DNA of 64,000 nucleotides from an uncultured cyanobacterium (GTDB taxonomy: Bacteria > Cyanobacteriota > Cyanobacteriia > PCC-9006 > JAAUQQ01): positions 4,320,001 through 4,384,000 of the forward strand of contig OY970368.1 of the NCBI GenBank assembly GCA_963718615.1, written 5' to 3'. Each line of letters begins with the position of its first letter. The stretch's first letter is position 1. Position numbers and translations under genes: made by a program. The notes under the pieces are model-generated. The model did no database searches, was not told where the DNA came from, and saw only the letters and a list, made by a program, of their open reading frames with translations. This document shows positions 63,073-64,000 of the stretch, one piece after another.

Positions 63073-64000
63073 ATGGATATTCACGCCCAGGCATCTGACG
63101 GGGGAAAACAATGGATTGCCCAGGAACAGCACTTCCACACCTATCCCCCAACGCCGAAAGAAATTGTTGGCATTCCCCACAACCTGCCCTACAGCGGCAT
63201 TGTGCAATTCGTTGGGCGCGACGCTGACCTGGAGCGCCTGCACGCGCAACTGCAACCGGGCACCACCGTGGCGATTTCTGCTGTCGCGGGGATGGGGGGG
63301 ATTGGTAAGACCGAACTGGCGCTGCAATATGCCCTCCAGCAGCTAGAGACGGAAGCCTACCCCGGCGGCATTTGTTGGCTGCGGGCGAGGGAAGATGTGG
63401 GGTTGCAAATCGTTTCCTTTGCCAGAATCAGCCTGGGGTTAGTGCTGCCCGAGGGGCTGGAATTAGTGGAGCAGGTGGCGTTTTGTTGGCAGCGGTGGCC
63501 CGCCCAGCCGACGTTGGTGGTGTTGGATGATGTGCAGGCATACGCGGACATTGCGCCGTTTTTGCCGCCGCCCAGCCCGCAGTTCAAATCGCAGTTCAAA
63601 TCGCAGTTCAAGATCCTGCTGACGTCGAGATCGCGCTTCGGCAGTCCGGTAAAAAATTACGACATCCAGGTGCTGAGCGAGGCGGCCTCGCTGGCGTTGT
63701 TGCGGTCTTTGGTGGCGGATGGCCGGATTGACCAGGATTTAGCCGGAGCCGAGCAAGTTTGTGAATGGTTGGGCTATTTGCCCTTGGGGCTGGAATTGGT
63801 GGGGCGCTACCTGGCGGGGAAACCAGGCACGACAATCGCGACCCTCTGGCAACGCTTGCAGGCCCAACGGCTAGCGGCAAAGGCCCTGCTGGCCGCCGAG
63901 CCCGAGATGACCGCAACCCTGGGCGTGACGGCTGCGTTTGAGTTGAGCTGGCAGGACTTGACCCCAGCGGCGCAGGAGGTGGCGAAGCTGTTGAGTGTGT
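63073..64000 (+). CDS. NB-ARC (NLR-like STAND) protein, runs off the window; not in the ORF track
   Basis: Manual translation from ATG 63073: HNLP..FVGR, Walker A GMGGIGKT, Walker B LVVLDDV, LLTSR, GYLPLGL. Confidence 0.92.
   Translation, partial: MDIHAQASDGGKQWIAQEQHFHTYPPTPKEIVGIPHNLPYSGIVQFVGRDADLERLHAQLQPGTTVAISAVAGMGGIGKTELALQYALQQLETEAYPGGICWLRAREDVGLQIVSFARISLGLVLPEGLELVEQVAFCWQRWPAQPTLVVLDDVQAYADIAPFLPPPSPQFKSQFKSQFKILLTSRSRFGSPVKNYDIQVLSEAASLALLRSLVADGRIDQDLAGAEQVCEWLGYLPLGLELVGRYLAGKPGTTIATLWQRLQAQRLAAKALLAAEPEMTATLGVTAAFELSWQDLTPAAQEVAKLLSV

Larger units (their letters stand above)
1..64000. repeat. HIP1 octamer GCGATCGC dispersed throughout
   Basis: Many copies in coding and non-coding DNA (e.g. 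961, 1027, 1670); cyanobacterial hallmark. Confidence 0.95.

Noticed and set aside
63058-63916. Short ORFs listed at the right edge
   Set aside because: All overlap the open NB-ARC frame from 63073, which carries ordered canonical motifs.

Overview
Cyanobacterial chromosomal window (dense HIP1 GCGATCGC octamers; ntcA, chlD, DUF3146, DUF3084). The housekeeping backbone is tatA-pth, yqgF-DUF3084-ntcA, fabI-hisB, leuA, murJ and chlD. There are three nutrient/stress modules: a pstS-pstSCAB phosphate cluster in line with acr3-arsC-arsH/arsR, a guanidine-I riboswitch-controlled guanidine hydrolase operon with Ni chaperones and an ABC transporter, and an alpha-2-macroglobulin. Two intact IS elements (ISAzo13-like and IS1-like) have identifiable target duplications. 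Most notable: (1) at the right edge, a small Bell/HeLo-like helical protein whose C-terminal 21 residues match the N-terminal 21 residues of the adjacent NB-ARC (NLR) protein, which the ORF track misses; this is the layout of an amyloid (BASS-type) signalling pair, and it sits next to an AIPR gene bracketed by 55-bp direct repeats; (2) a tightly coupled three-gene TPR-CHAT protease operon with near-identical TPR repeats and a 2-TM candidate effector, preceded by toxin-antitoxin genes separated by copies of its own leader. All family calls come from motif recognition only; no database search was run.
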